DNA of 63,215 bases, the filler included, from Basidiobolus ranarum (taxonomy: Eukaryota): NCBI GenBank assembly GCA_040143965.1. It is 44 parts of 44 records of this genome, joined end to end, with 100 filler letters (N's around TTAATTAATTAA, not from the genome) between each part and the next. Parts side by side here need not be neighbours in the genome. Positions count along the whole stretch, not along the records: positions 24,525 to 25,864 come from JASJQH010005478.1; positions 25,965 to 27,304 come from JASJQH010005479.1; positions 27,405 to 28,744 come from JASJQH010005480.1; positions 28,845 to 30,183 come from JASJQH010005481.1; positions 30,284 to 31,622 come from JASJQH010005482.1; positions 31,723 to 33,061 come from JASJQH010005483.1; positions 33,162 to 34,499 come from JASJQH010005484.1; positions 34,600 to 35,937 come from JASJQH010005485.1; 36 more parts are not named here. One strand, written 5' to 3'. The notes below the pieces were generated by a model. The model did no database searches. It saw only the letters and a list, made by a program, of their open reading frames with translations, and was not told the origin of the DNA. Made by a program: the position numbers and the translations under genes. Below are positions 24,525 through 36,609 of this stretch, piece after piece. Position 1 is the first letter of the stretch; each line of letters starts with the position of its first letter.

Positions 24525-25189
24525 ATAACACCTACCTGTCAGTACTTCCTTTGAGCTGGTCAAGTCCTTTCTAGTCACACAGTAGCCTGTAACTGCCTCT
24601 AGTAGTCTCTCTTGAGCTTCCTCTTCAAAGGTCTCGTAAGTGGTGGTGAAAATAAGGGGTGATCACAAGTAGTAATTGTTAGTTGAAAACCAGGATGATT
24701 TTTATTTGAAAAGATATGGCTCCTATTTATACTTTTCTGAAGGTAGATATGATTACTAATGAGAATTTCCGGAAAGTTCCAGAGAATTCTATTGGTGGGG
24801 ATCTGGGGTTATGATATCATCATAAATCATGAGATTAGTAATCCATGGAATGTTCCGGAAGGTTGTAGAATAATCCAGAAAGTCATGGAATGTTCCGGCA
24901 AAATCAAGTTTTGATTGGTCAAAACTCAATCAATCATCAAATATTCCAAGAATCTTGTGGAATGTTCCGGAAGATTGTAGAATTTTCCAGAAAATAATAG
25001 GGCTAATGTGGGTTAATACTGATAAATCTGAAGTAATGGGGGATAATACTAATAGTGTGATATGATTGGCTAGAAAATATGGGTAAGTCAGATAAGGATA
25101 ATAAAATAGAAATTGTGTAATAGTAATGATATGAGCTTGGAGTGGAAATAGGTCAACCTGCCAACCTGTAGCAATGCTACCCAACTACA
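24525..25189 (-). repeat. LTR-C (partial), better preserved copy with HSE arrays at 24766-24993
   Basis: Colinear with 4388-5007; terminus TGTAGTTGGG; retains CCGG where the other copy has CCAG. Confidence 0.78.
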
Positions 25190-25864
25190 CTGCCTAAGGA
25201 TTTTGTCTGCATTGGGCCACACAGATCTGAGTGTATCAGGCCCAATTTTTGATCAATTTTGCTCATTCCAGAGCCCACAAATGGCTGTCTGTGTTGCCTA
25301 CCATATAGGCAACCTTCACATAGCTCCAGATCCGGTGGAATTACAAAATTTAGTCACAAAACCATCTGGTTTTTGCTAAGTTTCTCATATTTTCAGCACC
25401 CAGATGACCCAATATCCTATGCCAGATTTTCCAGTCTATCTCTTCAGCTGTGGCAGTATTAACTTGTCCATATATAGGCCTAATATAATTAAGTTTATAC
25501 AAGTTATATTGCTTAACTGCACAAGCTATGTAATTCCTTTTTTGATCCCTAATTGTAAAGCCATTTTGATCAAAATTGAAGCTATATCCCTCAGATGTTG
25601 CTTTACTCACTGAAAACAAATTTTTTGCTATCCCAGGCACATATAGCACAATTTTCAGTGTCAAACACATGTCCCCAAGAACCACTCTAATTTCTTCCAC
25701 TCCAAGAGCTTCTAGTGGCCGGTGATCTCCCATATAAACCTTCTTGTTTATGTCAGTTTTGAGTGTCTTAAACCTATTTTTTGGATTAGAGAGATGTTGA
25801 GAGGCTCCAGAATCCATATACCACAACCTACAGTCTTGTTCTGAGGTCACTGATAGGGCAGAAA
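25190..25864 (-). mobile_element. Copia protease and GAG-pre-integrase fragment
   Basis: WYMDSGASQH, VLYVPGIAKNLFSVSK, WHRILGHLG. Confidence 0.92.
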
Positions 25865-25964
25865 NNNNNNNNNNNNNNNNNNNNNNNNNNNNNNNNNNNN
25901 NNNNNNNNTTAATTAATTAANNNNNNNNNNNNNNNNNNNNNNNNNNNNNNNNNNNNNNNNNNNN

Positions 25965-26257
25965 ATGTCAGAGCATGGAAGGCTTCTTCAAGGAACTTGT
26001 CGACAATTCCTAGATTGCGAAAGACCTCCATTGTTCGTGCATGGATTGCCAATGCTCTTGATTCCTTGGCATAATGCGAACTCTTATCTAATCATAAGAA
26101 ATCATGTTAGAACAACTTTCTGTAAAAGGGAAGTGACATATTTCCTTCAACTACCTATTACACGGACCTCAAAGCCAGCTCGAGCAAAGGCTATAGCACT
26201 GACTAAGCCCACTGGTCCACCTCCGACAACCAAGATTTCAGGATTGGAATGGTTCAT
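25965..26257 (-). CDS. FAD-dependent monooxygenase (FAD_binding_3, phenol-hydroxylase-like), 5' part; exons 26257-26155 and 26087-25965
   Basis: ILVVGGGPVGL Rossmann motif; removing the 67-nt intron GTAGTT..CTAAC..TAG (26154-26088) gives VRVIDKSSHYAKESRALAIHARTMEVFRNLGIVDKFLEEA. Confidence 0.9.
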
Positions 26258-27255
26258 ATTTAGTTGAGAATGTATTTGAGTTACGACTGAACATATTGCT
26301 GGTATATATATGCGTTTACATCTGTACATGTGAAAGTATAGAACATTTTGGTATTTTTTCAAGACATAAAAAACCAAATAATTGACAATAATTATCGGAG
26401 AGTCGTCTGAACAATGGCCTAATTGTGGCAATAAACATCGAGGTGTCTGGTGTGACTATTTCAGGTTTATAGAACCACAGGTCTGTCACGTACAGATTTT
26501 AGCCAAGTACATTACCTCGGTCCTAACTTAAGGTCTGAATCGGAGATCCTAATGTTCCGAAATTCATTCATGATAGAACCACTAAGATATATAGCTCGGA
26601 GAGCGAATAGTACGTAATATAAGATGCACCGAGATTTAAAGTTGAACATACTAAGGACCAATCTTCTGATCAGTAGGTCCCGGGGTTTAAATTCTTACAG
26701 ATTAGGTAAAGAGTAGGCATAGGTTACGAGTTGGAATTATTTGCTGGGCCGTAGATATCCACTAGCACCATGTCACTATGTACATCGGCATCAACATAGA
26801 TCTAGGTGCTATCAGTAGTTATTGATAAGGATAGACCAAACTACATGGCGAAATCTGATATTTATTACTATTTCTAGAAATGGTTTAGCCAACAAATTGA
26901 TCTCACAGAATCAGACATAATATTTTGGCTACTTTCTTATGATGAAATGCCGAAGACAGTTGTGAATATTCAGGAGAACTAATGTATTTTCCAATGTTTC
27001 CATAAATAATATAAGCAAAACTATACAGTTTGATAGCCAAACACCATAACAATAGAACTCATATTCAGTAGTAATCAAATATTCCTTTTACATAAAGCTC
27101 ACTGCACATATTTGCAAGAAATGATACCCAGGGTGTAAAGATCAGTCAATCATTTAGGCACTTGAGCAATGACAGATTTACAGTTGTGACAATTGATGTT
27201 TGGGTGGGTGAGTGAACTGATGGGCATGTGGCATTAAATTAAGTAAGTAGATCAC

Positions 27256-27304
27256 TGTCACAATAAGCAACTGGACAAGGACTGGAAACAACAACAAGAG
27301 GCTA
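27256..27304 (+). repeat. Start of LTR-like family D (TGTCACAATAAG)
   Basis: Matches the terminus at 30794(-). Confidence 0.6.
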
Positions 27305-27404
27305 NNNNNNNNNNNNNNNNNNNNNNNNNNNNNNNNNNNNNNNNNNNNTTAATTAATTAANNNNNNNNNNNNNNNNNNNNNNNNNNNNNNNNNNNNNNNN
27401 NNNN

Positions 27405-27855
27405 TACCCAAACCAAAATTTTAAGAATTAAGATTTAAGTTAGGATTAAGATATATGAATATTTAGTTGAGTGGGAGAGTTGAAGTTAATTGTCTTTAAC
27501 ATATTTGTTATCTCTATCTTTATACACCTAACTATTTCATATATCTCATATAAGCTAGTTAACTTCACTTAGTCAAATATCACTTAGCTGAAAATCGGAA
27601 CATATATTATATATATATGTGAATAATGTGCACATTAGCAATTCCATATTGGTAATTTCAAACTCATCCAAATTGCCCCAGAGATAGTGCATTTTACTCC
27701 CACAGATATTCTGAGCACAATCCCATTGTTAGTTTTCTGTATTTCCACCAAAATGTTTAAATGCTTTATTCCTGGACAATAAATAATTATCTCACAAAGC
27801 TATTCACAACTCCACTTTTCTAAAGTTCCTCCAAGCAGTCCATATCTTCCCAATA
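27405..27855 (+). mobile_element. Copia 3' end, PPT and 3' LTR-A (27478-27855), inserted into LTR-B
   Basis: PPT AGTTGAGTGGGAG; LTR ends CCCAATA. Confidence 0.9.
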
Positions 27856-28191
27856 TTTGGGAGCCTCTCAGAAGTGGTTTGGATAATAAGAGGAATTGGT
27901 GGTATTCACTTATTGATTTAATGAGTAGAAAGTTGACATTTATAGTTTTGTCAGGATGTAAGCAAACCAACATGTAGAATGTGTCAAGAAAGGTCTCAGG
28001 AACATGTGTGGAAAGTTTGGGGCTTCTAGTATAAGTGTAAAATCTATACATCTGAGAACTTCTAAGTTGGTAAAAATATTCTAAGTATATTCCAATTGAG
28101 AATATTGGATAATATCTTAGTGAAATATAAGATAACTAAGTACTAAGCTATATATGACTATATAGGTGTTTAGGCAATGCTAATTTCAACA
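27856..28191 (-). repeat. LTR-B, nearly full length
   Basis: Colinear with 10400-10749. Confidence 0.9.
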
Positions 28192-28744
28192 TGATTTACT
28201 GGATCTTATTCATACAGACTTATGTGGCCCAATGCCAACTCTGACACATAGTAAGTGACAATATTTACTCATCTTTATTGATGATAAATTTCACTTCACA
28301 GTTTCATATCTTCTGTTGAGCAAAGGAGAAGTGTTTCTTTATGTCAGGATATATGAAGCAATTGTCACAACCATAACAGGAAGAAAATCAAATTCCTATG
28401 CAGTGAAAATGTAACTGAACTTAGCAATGAAGCCATGACTAGATTTTGTCAAGAAAAGGGAATTTAGCAGCAATTTACTATTCTATATAGTGCAGACCAA
28501 AATGGAGTTGCAGAAAGGATGAATAGGACTTTAGTTGAGAACATATGTGCAATGCTGAATGATGCAGATCTACCTGAGGTCTATTTGGATGAAGCTACTT
28601 CAACAGCTACATATCTCCAAAATAGAAGTCCACCACAGAGCAACCAGGACTCTAAAGCTCCTATTAAATTCTGGACTATAAACAAGCCTAATCTGAATCA
28701 TCTCAGAATATTTGGATCAATAGTATTTGCTCATATTCCTAAAC
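28192..28744 (+). mobile_element. Copia integrase core (rve), decayed
   Basis: LDLIHTDLCGPM, FIDD, QNGVAERMNRTLVE, YLQNRSP, HLRIFGS. Confidence 0.92.
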
Positions 28745-28844
28745 NNNNNNNNNNNNNNNNNNNNNNNNNNNNNNNNNNNNNNNNNNNNTTAATTAATTAA
28801 NNNNNNNNNNNNNNNNNNNNNNNNNNNNNNNNNNNNNNNNNNNN

Positions 28845-29995
28845 TATTGATAACTGGCATTGATCAGACTGAGGTCTGAACAAGGAATACATGGGGCTTA
28901 CAAAGATATTGCAAGGTGAAACATAATAAACGGAATAGGGAATATACTGTGGCAAGCTCTAGTGTAGGGGACTACAATAACCAATACAAAGAGAGATGAT
29001 GTAAGGATGATCAGGTGACCTTCCATGGAAGGTTTTGGCAGAAATACACTATGCATGGGATGACTTAGGGTTAGGTTTGATGGAATGTTCCAAAGAACAT
29101 GACTTCCATATAAGGTAACCTGGATGAACTAACACAAGATTGCTGAGAAAGGATGGCACCGCAGATATGATGTCATAATCTAATAATACAGCAGTTCTAT
29201 TGGCAGTTGATCACTATGGCAAGATCTGAATTATGACAAGGGGATAATACTAATGGTGTGATATGATTGCCTGGACACAATGATTAAGTCAAATATGGAT
29301 AATAAAATTGAAATTGTGCAATAGTAATGATATAAGCTTGGAATGGAAATAGGTCAACCTGCCAGTGGGTAGCAACACTACCCCACTACACCACATGTGC
29401 AATGATTCCAGATCAGAAGAGATCAAAATTAGACCAAAAAAGCCAGAAATGTCTTTTCTTGTGATATTGTTATGGAACAAAAGGGTACAAACTTTATGAC
29501 ACTGTAAATAAGAGGCTATTCAAGTCAAGGGACATGGAATTGGCTGAAGAAGAAAAATTTTCAATCAAAACAATCCAGGATCAAGAAAAGTGACAAAAAT
29601 TTGATGAAGATTGTTCTTTCTCTCACCAGATCCTGCTCAGTGAGAAAAACATTGAAAATTGCCCACCTGCAGTCTCCTCAACCAAGCCTGAGTTAGCTTT
29701 ATTGCCTGTATTGATACTAGAAGTTGTAGTGCCAGTTTCCCATCTTGGGACATTGAATTGGATGAGATCACTGCCTGATTACTACTTTCACACTAGCCAA
29801 AAGGAGCCTAGTGCTAATATAGCCTTTTATGATGAGGCCAAGTCAGTACAGTTGGCTATGAAGAGTCCCAACATCAAGTTTTGGAGTGCTGCAATGGCAG
29901 AGAAGTGTAAGTCATTCATAGATAATCAAACTTGGACTTTGGTTAAATTACCTGATAACCCAATATCAATTGGAGGCAAATAGGTGTTTGAAGTT
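28845..29995 (+). mobile_element. Nest: LTR-D 3' part (28845-29238) in LTR-C terminus (29239-29390) in copia IN-RT linker (29391-29995)
   Basis: LTR-D ends TTATGACA, the inverted repeat of its TGTCACAA start; the LTR-C part matches 25040-25189; the copia part matches 19440-20010(-). Confidence 0.75.
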
Positions 29996-30283
29996 TTTTA
30001 CCAAAGGCAAATTGGAGCAGTCTAGACAGTTGTAGTTGTTTTAGGGTGTAAGCAGCAACTATACCTACAGTATCTTAAGGGTTTTGTGAGGTGTACAAAG
30101 GGTGCATTAACCACAGTTGAATAACTCTGGGATGTACTGGAATATGGGTCTGTCTCTTTCCTCTTGGGTCTTTATGAAAGGGANNNNNNNNNNNNNNNNN
30201 NNNNNNNNNNNNNNNNNNNNNNNNNNNTTAATTAATTAANNNNNNNNNNNNNNNNNNNNNNNNNNNNNNNNNNNNNNNNNNNN

Positions 30284-30794
30284 TCCAAAGAATGTGAAGG
30301 ATTTCCAATCTTTCCTTGGATTTGCAAACTTTTAACAATGGTTTGTCAAGAAGTATTCCAAAGTATCTGCTGCATAAACTAACTATTTTATTTTTGTCAT
30401 GGTCTTTGGAACATTCCGTGAAACCTAACCAATCATGTCATCCCGCACATAGTGTATATTTGGCAAGACCTTCTTTGGAAGGTCACCTGATCATCCTTAC
30501 ATCATCCCTCACTGTATTGGTCCTTGTAGTCTCCAACATCCCAACACTAAATTTGCCACAGTATATTCCCTATTCAGTATTTTATGTTTCACTCTGCAAT
30601 ATCTACATAAGCCCCATGTATTCCTTGATCAGACTGCCATCTGATCAACACCGGTTAACAATAAAGATTCTTGCCAAAGTATCTTCCCTGTCCAGTCTTC
30701 TCTTTTCTTGTCTTGTGGTCTACACCCAAGTACTCTCCCACCTTCTAGCCTCTTGTCATTGTTTCCAGTCCTTGTCCAGTTCCTTATTGTGACA
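30284..30794 (-). repeat. LTR-like family D (partial)
   Basis: Reverse complement aligns with 28845-29100 and 27256-27304. Confidence 0.65.
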
Positions 30795-31543
30795 AATATT
30801 AGATAGTTCTTCCTCAATATCAGCTGTTCTGCTTTTTGTCAAAGGTTTTTCTGGTCTGGTTTGCTGTTTCTCCCTGCTCCTCTGGAGTATCTTCATAAGT
30901 GCTGAATTCTCTTGTGTTGCTAGGAGAACTTTCTTCATGCTAGCAAGAAAGGGAGTGTCAGAGGCTGATTGGCTGGTAGTTTCTTGATCAACTTTGTCAA
31001 TAGATGTTGAGGTAATACACTCAATGGGTAAGCAGTAAGGGTAACCTCAGTGATAACATCTTGTTAGATCACAGGTTTCTCCAATATTTTCAAGTTCTTG
31101 GATGAAACACAGGTAGGCATCTTTGAGAAGTTTATTTTGGCAAAGTCCTCTGTGTCATAAATTGGGTAGATATGGCAAGGTTCTACATAATTCTCTAGCA
31201 AGTGTCCTTTCATGATGCTTCAGTCTTGTAGTATGCAAGGGTTGTCTTCATATGCTAACAAAATATTAACTTCAGAGCAAGGTGGTATTTCCTCAGCTAT
31301 TCTGTCTTGAGGAACATTATAAGCTTGGCAAAAAAGTTGCCATCAGTGGATGAATGCTTGAATGTTAGGTCCAGGAAAGAAGGGAGATGCTGGGGATCTG
31401 CTTAATGGTAGTATTGGGGTTTACATGTTATATAAGTAGTAGTAGCAGCAGTCTTTCTTGTTGTGACTTGTGAGAGAAATTCAGTCAAACCTCCCTTTTT
31501 GAGTGGCAAATGTAGTTAGTTTAGGATGAAAGCAGCAACTATA
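30795..31543 (-). mobile_element. Possible decayed gypsy 5' end: LTR-E terminus (31511-31543), leader and gag-like frame
   Basis: Terminus also at 30031; frame with stops reads PFLPGPNIQAFIH.WQLFCQAYNVPQDRI, resembling a gag N-terminus. Confidence 0.4.
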
Positions 31544-31622
31544 CCCTAACAGAAATTTGAGGATTGTTATCGTAGGAAAACCGTCACAATTTTAATCCAT
31601 TTGGGATTGACCGTTTACTTAC
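31544..31622 (+). mobile_element. CACTA-like left end (CCCTAACAGAAATT)
   Basis: Matches 9630 onward. Confidence 0.8.
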
Positions 31623-32194
31623 NNNNNNNNNNNNNNNNNNNNNNNNNNNNNNNNNNNNNNNNNNNNTTAATTAATTAANNNNNNNNNNNNNNNNNNNNNN
31701 NNNNNNNNNNNNNNNNNNNNNNGTTTATTCTCAAGAGTATATGGTGACTTATATAGTAGAAAAGTAAATCAATTGTTTGAGATATTCAGGAGTTTGTGTA
31801 ATAAGATATAATAGATAAGTGGGGGTAATAAGAAATACTTGTTATATAGATATAAAGATATTCCTATTTGTAATATAGAGGCTATAGATACCTTGCTTCT
31901 GTTACTGATATATGTATCATAACCAAAGTTAAATATGATGTTGAATAAAGATGAATTATCCAACAGTACTGCATGATCTGACATACTGACACTTTAACAG
32001 GTGTGAGCTGTCAGTGACCATATGGCAGATTGGCTGGGTCTTTTTGCACCCTCCCACCACAATCAGACACAATGATTTTTTCAAAGTATTGATTACACTT
32101 AAACAACATTACCCAAATTAGATATTATCAAATTGAAGTTTTTGGCAACTAACATTAGGTATTTGTCCTTTAATTCAGCAGCTTGTCAAACAAT

Positions 32195-32376
32195 GGACTT
32201 GTTCCTTTGTGCCAGGATTTATTGGACCTTGAATCAATATATTAGAGTAAATGTGATTCAAATTGATCATGCCAGAAGGTGCTGAATAGTGCCAAATTGT
32301 GCCGCATAAATTTTAGAATACTTTATCCAATATGATGTATACAGCACAATCTGGCACTATCACATGGAACAAGTCT
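32195..32376. mobile_element. 182-bp MITE of the PHIS family with AAT TSD
   Basis: GGACTTGTTCC...GGAACAAGTCT inverted termini; right end identical to 16647-16658; AAT at 32192-32194 and 32377-32379. Confidence 0.8.
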
Positions 32377-32876
32377 AATATAATATGATGCCAAAATTGA
32401 TTTGCAGCCCAACAGCAGGAAGCAAATATTCACCAGTATTTTAAATGTTTCAGAGTATCAGAACACGCATAGTGCTTTACTGGATGCAGTTGAATTCGTT
32501 AAATATTCAAGCATGATACAATCTAAGTAGTTTGACTCCCTTATGGTCGGGCACTAACACCTGGAAAGAATTGTGACTTTATAGAGAACATACGCCATAG
32601 CACCTAGGATCTGTGTAATATTACTCCTTAATTGTTGTGGGCTTAATACAACTTTGATGACAAGAGAAAACGCTTACAAAACCAAGTACAATAATGAATT
32701 CACAATATAAAACAATTGTAATGAAGTCTGATTTTAACGTAAAATCAATGAATTCAGTAATCCTCTGTGCATAAGGCATTACAGCATTGCTAATTATCAC
32801 ATTCACGGCCAACTTTGCTGAGAGCTAGTTCGACATCCAAAAGCAAGTTGTTACCAATTCAACTAGTGAATATTTA

Positions 32877-33060
32877 TTAACTGACATTAGAATAATCTGG
32901 TGGATATATCATAAAATTGCATTCCTATGAGGCGTGCCCGCAAAGGGAACACTCGTATGTAATCTATCTAGAGTGAGACGTACAAGATAACTTTGGGAAG
33001 GCACACCAAGGCACGGACTTTCAACAGGCCAAGAACATCGGCTTTGGCATTAATAGAATC
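32877..33060 (-). CDS. Possible 3' end of an unknown host gene with a terminal intron (32983-32881)
   Basis: DSINAKADVLGLLKVRALVCLPKVI-F-stop; GTACGT donor and CTAAT..CAG acceptor; CpG retained. Confidence 0.35.
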
Positions 33061-33161
33061 CNNNNNNNNNNNNNNNNNNNNNNNNNNNNNNNNNNNNNNN
33101 NNNNNTTAATTAATTAANNNNNNNNNNNNNNNNNNNNNNNNNNNNNNNNNNNNNNNNNNNN

Positions 33162-33298
33162 AGAACTTCTAAGTTGGTAAAAATATTCTAAGTAAATTCC
33201 GATTGAGAATAATTGATAATATCTTAGTGAATTATAAGATAACTAAGTACTAAGCTATATATGACTATATAGATGTTTAGGCAATGCTAATTTCAACA
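33162..33298 (-). repeat. LTR-B 5' part
   Basis: Matches 28055-28191. Confidence 0.88.
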
Positions 33299-33668
33299 GA
33301 TTAAGCAGCAATAATACTAGCCATTCAAAAATATGGGTATCATTTTAGTACCATTAACTTTGGTACAGTTTACAGTTGAAGCAACCACAGTAATATTTCT
33401 ATTGGCAACAAGAGGAGTAGTATAGCTGTATGGAAAATTTCTTTTGTTAGATCTGATACTGAAAGTTAAAATACAGTACTATTCTATACTAGGATGCTAC
33501 TATAGACAAATGTTGGTAAGCCAAAATTCAATTGGTAACACAAACCTTTGCTCTAGAAAGCTATTAGCAGGATGCATGTAACAAAAAGATATCACAGTAA
33601 TATACCTGGTTTTATTACTCAGAGAAGTAATAGGGAAACATTTACTATGTAACAGTGCAGGTGATAAT

Positions 33669-34014
33669 TGTTAAAATTGGCAGTACCTAAGCCCCTATAT
33701 AGTTGTACATAGCTTAGTATTTAGTTATCCTATATTGAACTAAGGTATCACCCAGCTATTTTTAATTGGAATCTACTTAAATATTTTTTCCAACTTAGAA
33801 GTTCTCAGATATATAGATCTTGATAAATTAGACTAGAAGCCCCAAACTTTGTGCACATACTCCTAGGACCATTGCTAACACATTCTACATGTCAGTTTGT
33901 CATCTTGACAAAACTATATATGTCAACTTTCAACTCAATAGATTAATAAGTAAAAGCCACCAATTTCTCTATTTCTCCAAACCACTTCCATTAGGTTCTC
34001 AAGATACTTTAACA
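33669..34014 (+). repeat. Diverged solo LTR-B with 5-bp TSD ATAAT
   Basis: TGTTAAAA...TTTAACA; ATAAT at 33664-33668 and 34015-34019. Confidence 0.88.
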
Positions 34015-34396
34015 ATAATCATGTCCATGAAAAGAAGAGAATATTACTCATTTAGACAAAGGATCTACAGGCAAGGCATAAGTATTGCTATGATACAACC
34101 ATAAACACAAGGTGGGCCTGAAGAGCTAATTTACATTGTGAGTAATAGATATTAAATGATGTAATGCTTTGGAAGGTGTAGCACTGTGTATTCAATTGTG
34201 TGTATATTATTGATATATGATAAGCCTATCATGCAAGCCCTAACTTGCCAATGTGCAACTGCACAACTTTGGAATCCATCCAAACCATTATTTGTCCTAA
34301 CTTCTGAACAAATCTCCAATATTGCCTGCTACTGCAATATTTCTGTTGAAATTAGCATTGCCTAAACACTGTTAAAGTATTTGGGAGCCTCCGAAT

Positions 34397-34498
34397 ATGA
34401 ACAAGATCAATTCCCACCTTCTGCCATAGTGTTGGTACATAGGTGGGATAAAGTGGTTCCTCGTATCTTTTGGTAGATCTCCTTTGGCATGCATCACA
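34397..34498 (-). mobile_element. Gypsy integrase fragment, preceded by two abutting LTR-B termini (34344-34395)
   Basis: CDACQRR...EEPLYPTYVPTLWQKVGIDLV. Confidence 0.75.
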
Positions 34499-34753
34499 TN
34501 NNNNNNNNNNNNNNNNNNNNNNNNNNNNNNNNNNNNNNNNNNNTTAATTAATTAANNNNNNNNNNNNNNNNNNNNNNNNNNNNNNNNNNNNNNNNNNNNG
34601 CCCATCAATGTCATCAGCCGATTCTGAGATAGTGTCACAGATGATGTGTCAGGGGATTTACAAGATATTTCCTACAATGAATGGTAATTTTGGTTTTTTA
34701 TAAGCTGTTTCTTAGCAATAACATTACACCAAGTTTACCCACTGAAAATCTGA

Positions 34754-35937
34754 ATGCCATTCAAAAAGCATTCAAAATCTAAATCAAAATCAGCTTGCAA
34801 GCAAAAGCCTGCTGGCATTAGAGGAAAACAACCAGCAAGAACAGAGGACTTAATTGATTTGCAGTCTAGTGATCCACTACCCAGTTTGGAAGGCATTAAC
34901 CAGCAGGAGACTAACTCAAGTAATGATAAGGCATTGATCAATTTACCCGATGTGTTTCTTTCTAGCAATAGTGCTAGTGAAGAGATTGTAATCCTCCAAT
35001 TATGTAGTAAATCAATTGTTAAGCAAAGTTCAACAGAAACACTGTCCAAACCATCAACTTTCAAAATGGCTACTTTGCCAACTGTTATAGAACCCTCCAT
35101 AGAAAATTTGGATGGAATTATTACAACAAGGGAATTGCAGACAGAACATTGTAAATATTTGTATGCAATCATAAGTAAAAACTACTAAGTTGCCATAGAG
35201 GCCATGACAAACAATAATGCCACAATGTTGCAATTAATGCAGTGTTCTGAAGCAACTAGTCAACAGTTAGAGAGGCACTCAACAATGATACAAGAACTTC
35301 AGAATGCTGTACTTGAGCTACTCCAACATGCTGCTTCCTCTGTCCATTCTCATATGGTATTTCAATCAATCCCACACCTTGCATATGAACATCACCATGA
35401 TAATCTAGCAGAGCAGAGTTGGTGTTGGACCATTAAGCCTAACCAAAGATCCAAAGTTGCTTGGGCACATGAAAGTAGCAATCTCATAGCAAAACCAACA
35501 AACCAAAGGACTCTGAATGTCAGAGCTGCCATCACTTGTTCTGATGATGAGTGGCTTAACATCTTGGAAACTATGTGGAATCTGGCCCAAAATCACCTTC
35601 TTTTAGCCAATTGTGGAAAAACCAAAAACCTGGCATTATTCTGAAGGTTCCTGACTTATTTCATGTGGCTTATCCTTGGTTTTTGTGAGCAAATGGCAAT
35701 TGGCCTTGATTAGGCCTATCCATGAAGCATCTCAAGAATGTACGCAATTATCAGCTTGGGAAAGAAAAAAAAGGGGCTATAGAAGTACTTGAGGAGCAGG
35801 TATTTTGTAAACCCAAGGGAAAAGCAAAGGAGACAGTGAGTTTAGGCTCTACTGTCCCACTTACCAAGTTCTTCACACCATTACAAAGATCTGCATTTCC
35901 AGAGTCAGCTATACTGGCAAAAAAGCTTAATTTCACC
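34754..35937 (+). pseudogene. Second ORF of the CACTA-like element (unknown function, possible TnpA analogue), with stops
   Basis: 34754-35188 and 35204-35644 share a frame; upstream 34600-34750 is the reverse complement of the transposase-proximal region 3360-3505. Confidence 0.7.
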
Positions 35938-36037
35938 NNNNNNNNNNNNNNNNNNNNNNNNNNNNNNNNNNNNNNNNNNNNTTAATTAATTAANNNNNNN
36001 NNNNNNNNNNNNNNNNNNNNNNNNNNNNNNNNNNNNN

Positions 36038-36609
36038 TCTTCAGCAATACTGTCAACAGATATTGGCTTTATAGATGTTTTTAGGAGTTGGGCTGGTGAT
36101 GAGTTGGATACTTGGTGGGTTGGCAAATATGGACTAGGAGGTGGAGTTTGCTGGAATGTCATAATCTTCTTCTTCCAATCGATTACTGGATTGTGCTGCA
36201 TGAGCCACGAGATACCAAGGATGACTGGGTGATGAGGTGAAGAAATGATATTGAAGGCTATTTCTTCTTGATGAGCAGTGGACATGAGTGTCAGAAAGGT
36301 TGTCTCATGTGTCACAGCACCTGATGATAGCAGCCTTCCATCAATTACTTCTACAAGGACTGGACTAGATTTCTTGATTGTTGGGATAGAGTGCAATTTT
36401 ACAAAGGCGGAGTCAATAAAACAGGAGGAAGCACCTGAATCAAGAAGTGCAGTTGTTTTTATTGACTTGGAATTTGGAAGCAGGAGTGTAATGGGCAGCT
36501 TTAATGATTCGTATGACTGCAGAGATTGTGATGTATGGTGAAGATACATTTTTGAAGATGGTTTGCCCAACTGCATGCCCATTATTGCAGCTGGGCATTG
36601 AAGTTTTCC
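36038..36609 (-). CDS. Gypsy Pol start (aspartic protease) in the -1 frame relative to gag
   Basis: ALLDSGASSCFID, V.VIDGR, VILGISWL..HNP.IDW. Confidence 0.92.
36564..36609 (-). promoter_or_regulatory. -1 ribosomal frameshift signal: G GAA AAC, 5-nt spacer, 12-bp stem-loop
   Basis: GGAAAAC TTCAA TGCCCAGCTGCA ATAATGGGCA TGCAGTTGGGCA; stem conserved at about 22364-22396 and 55643-55676. Confidence 0.75.
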
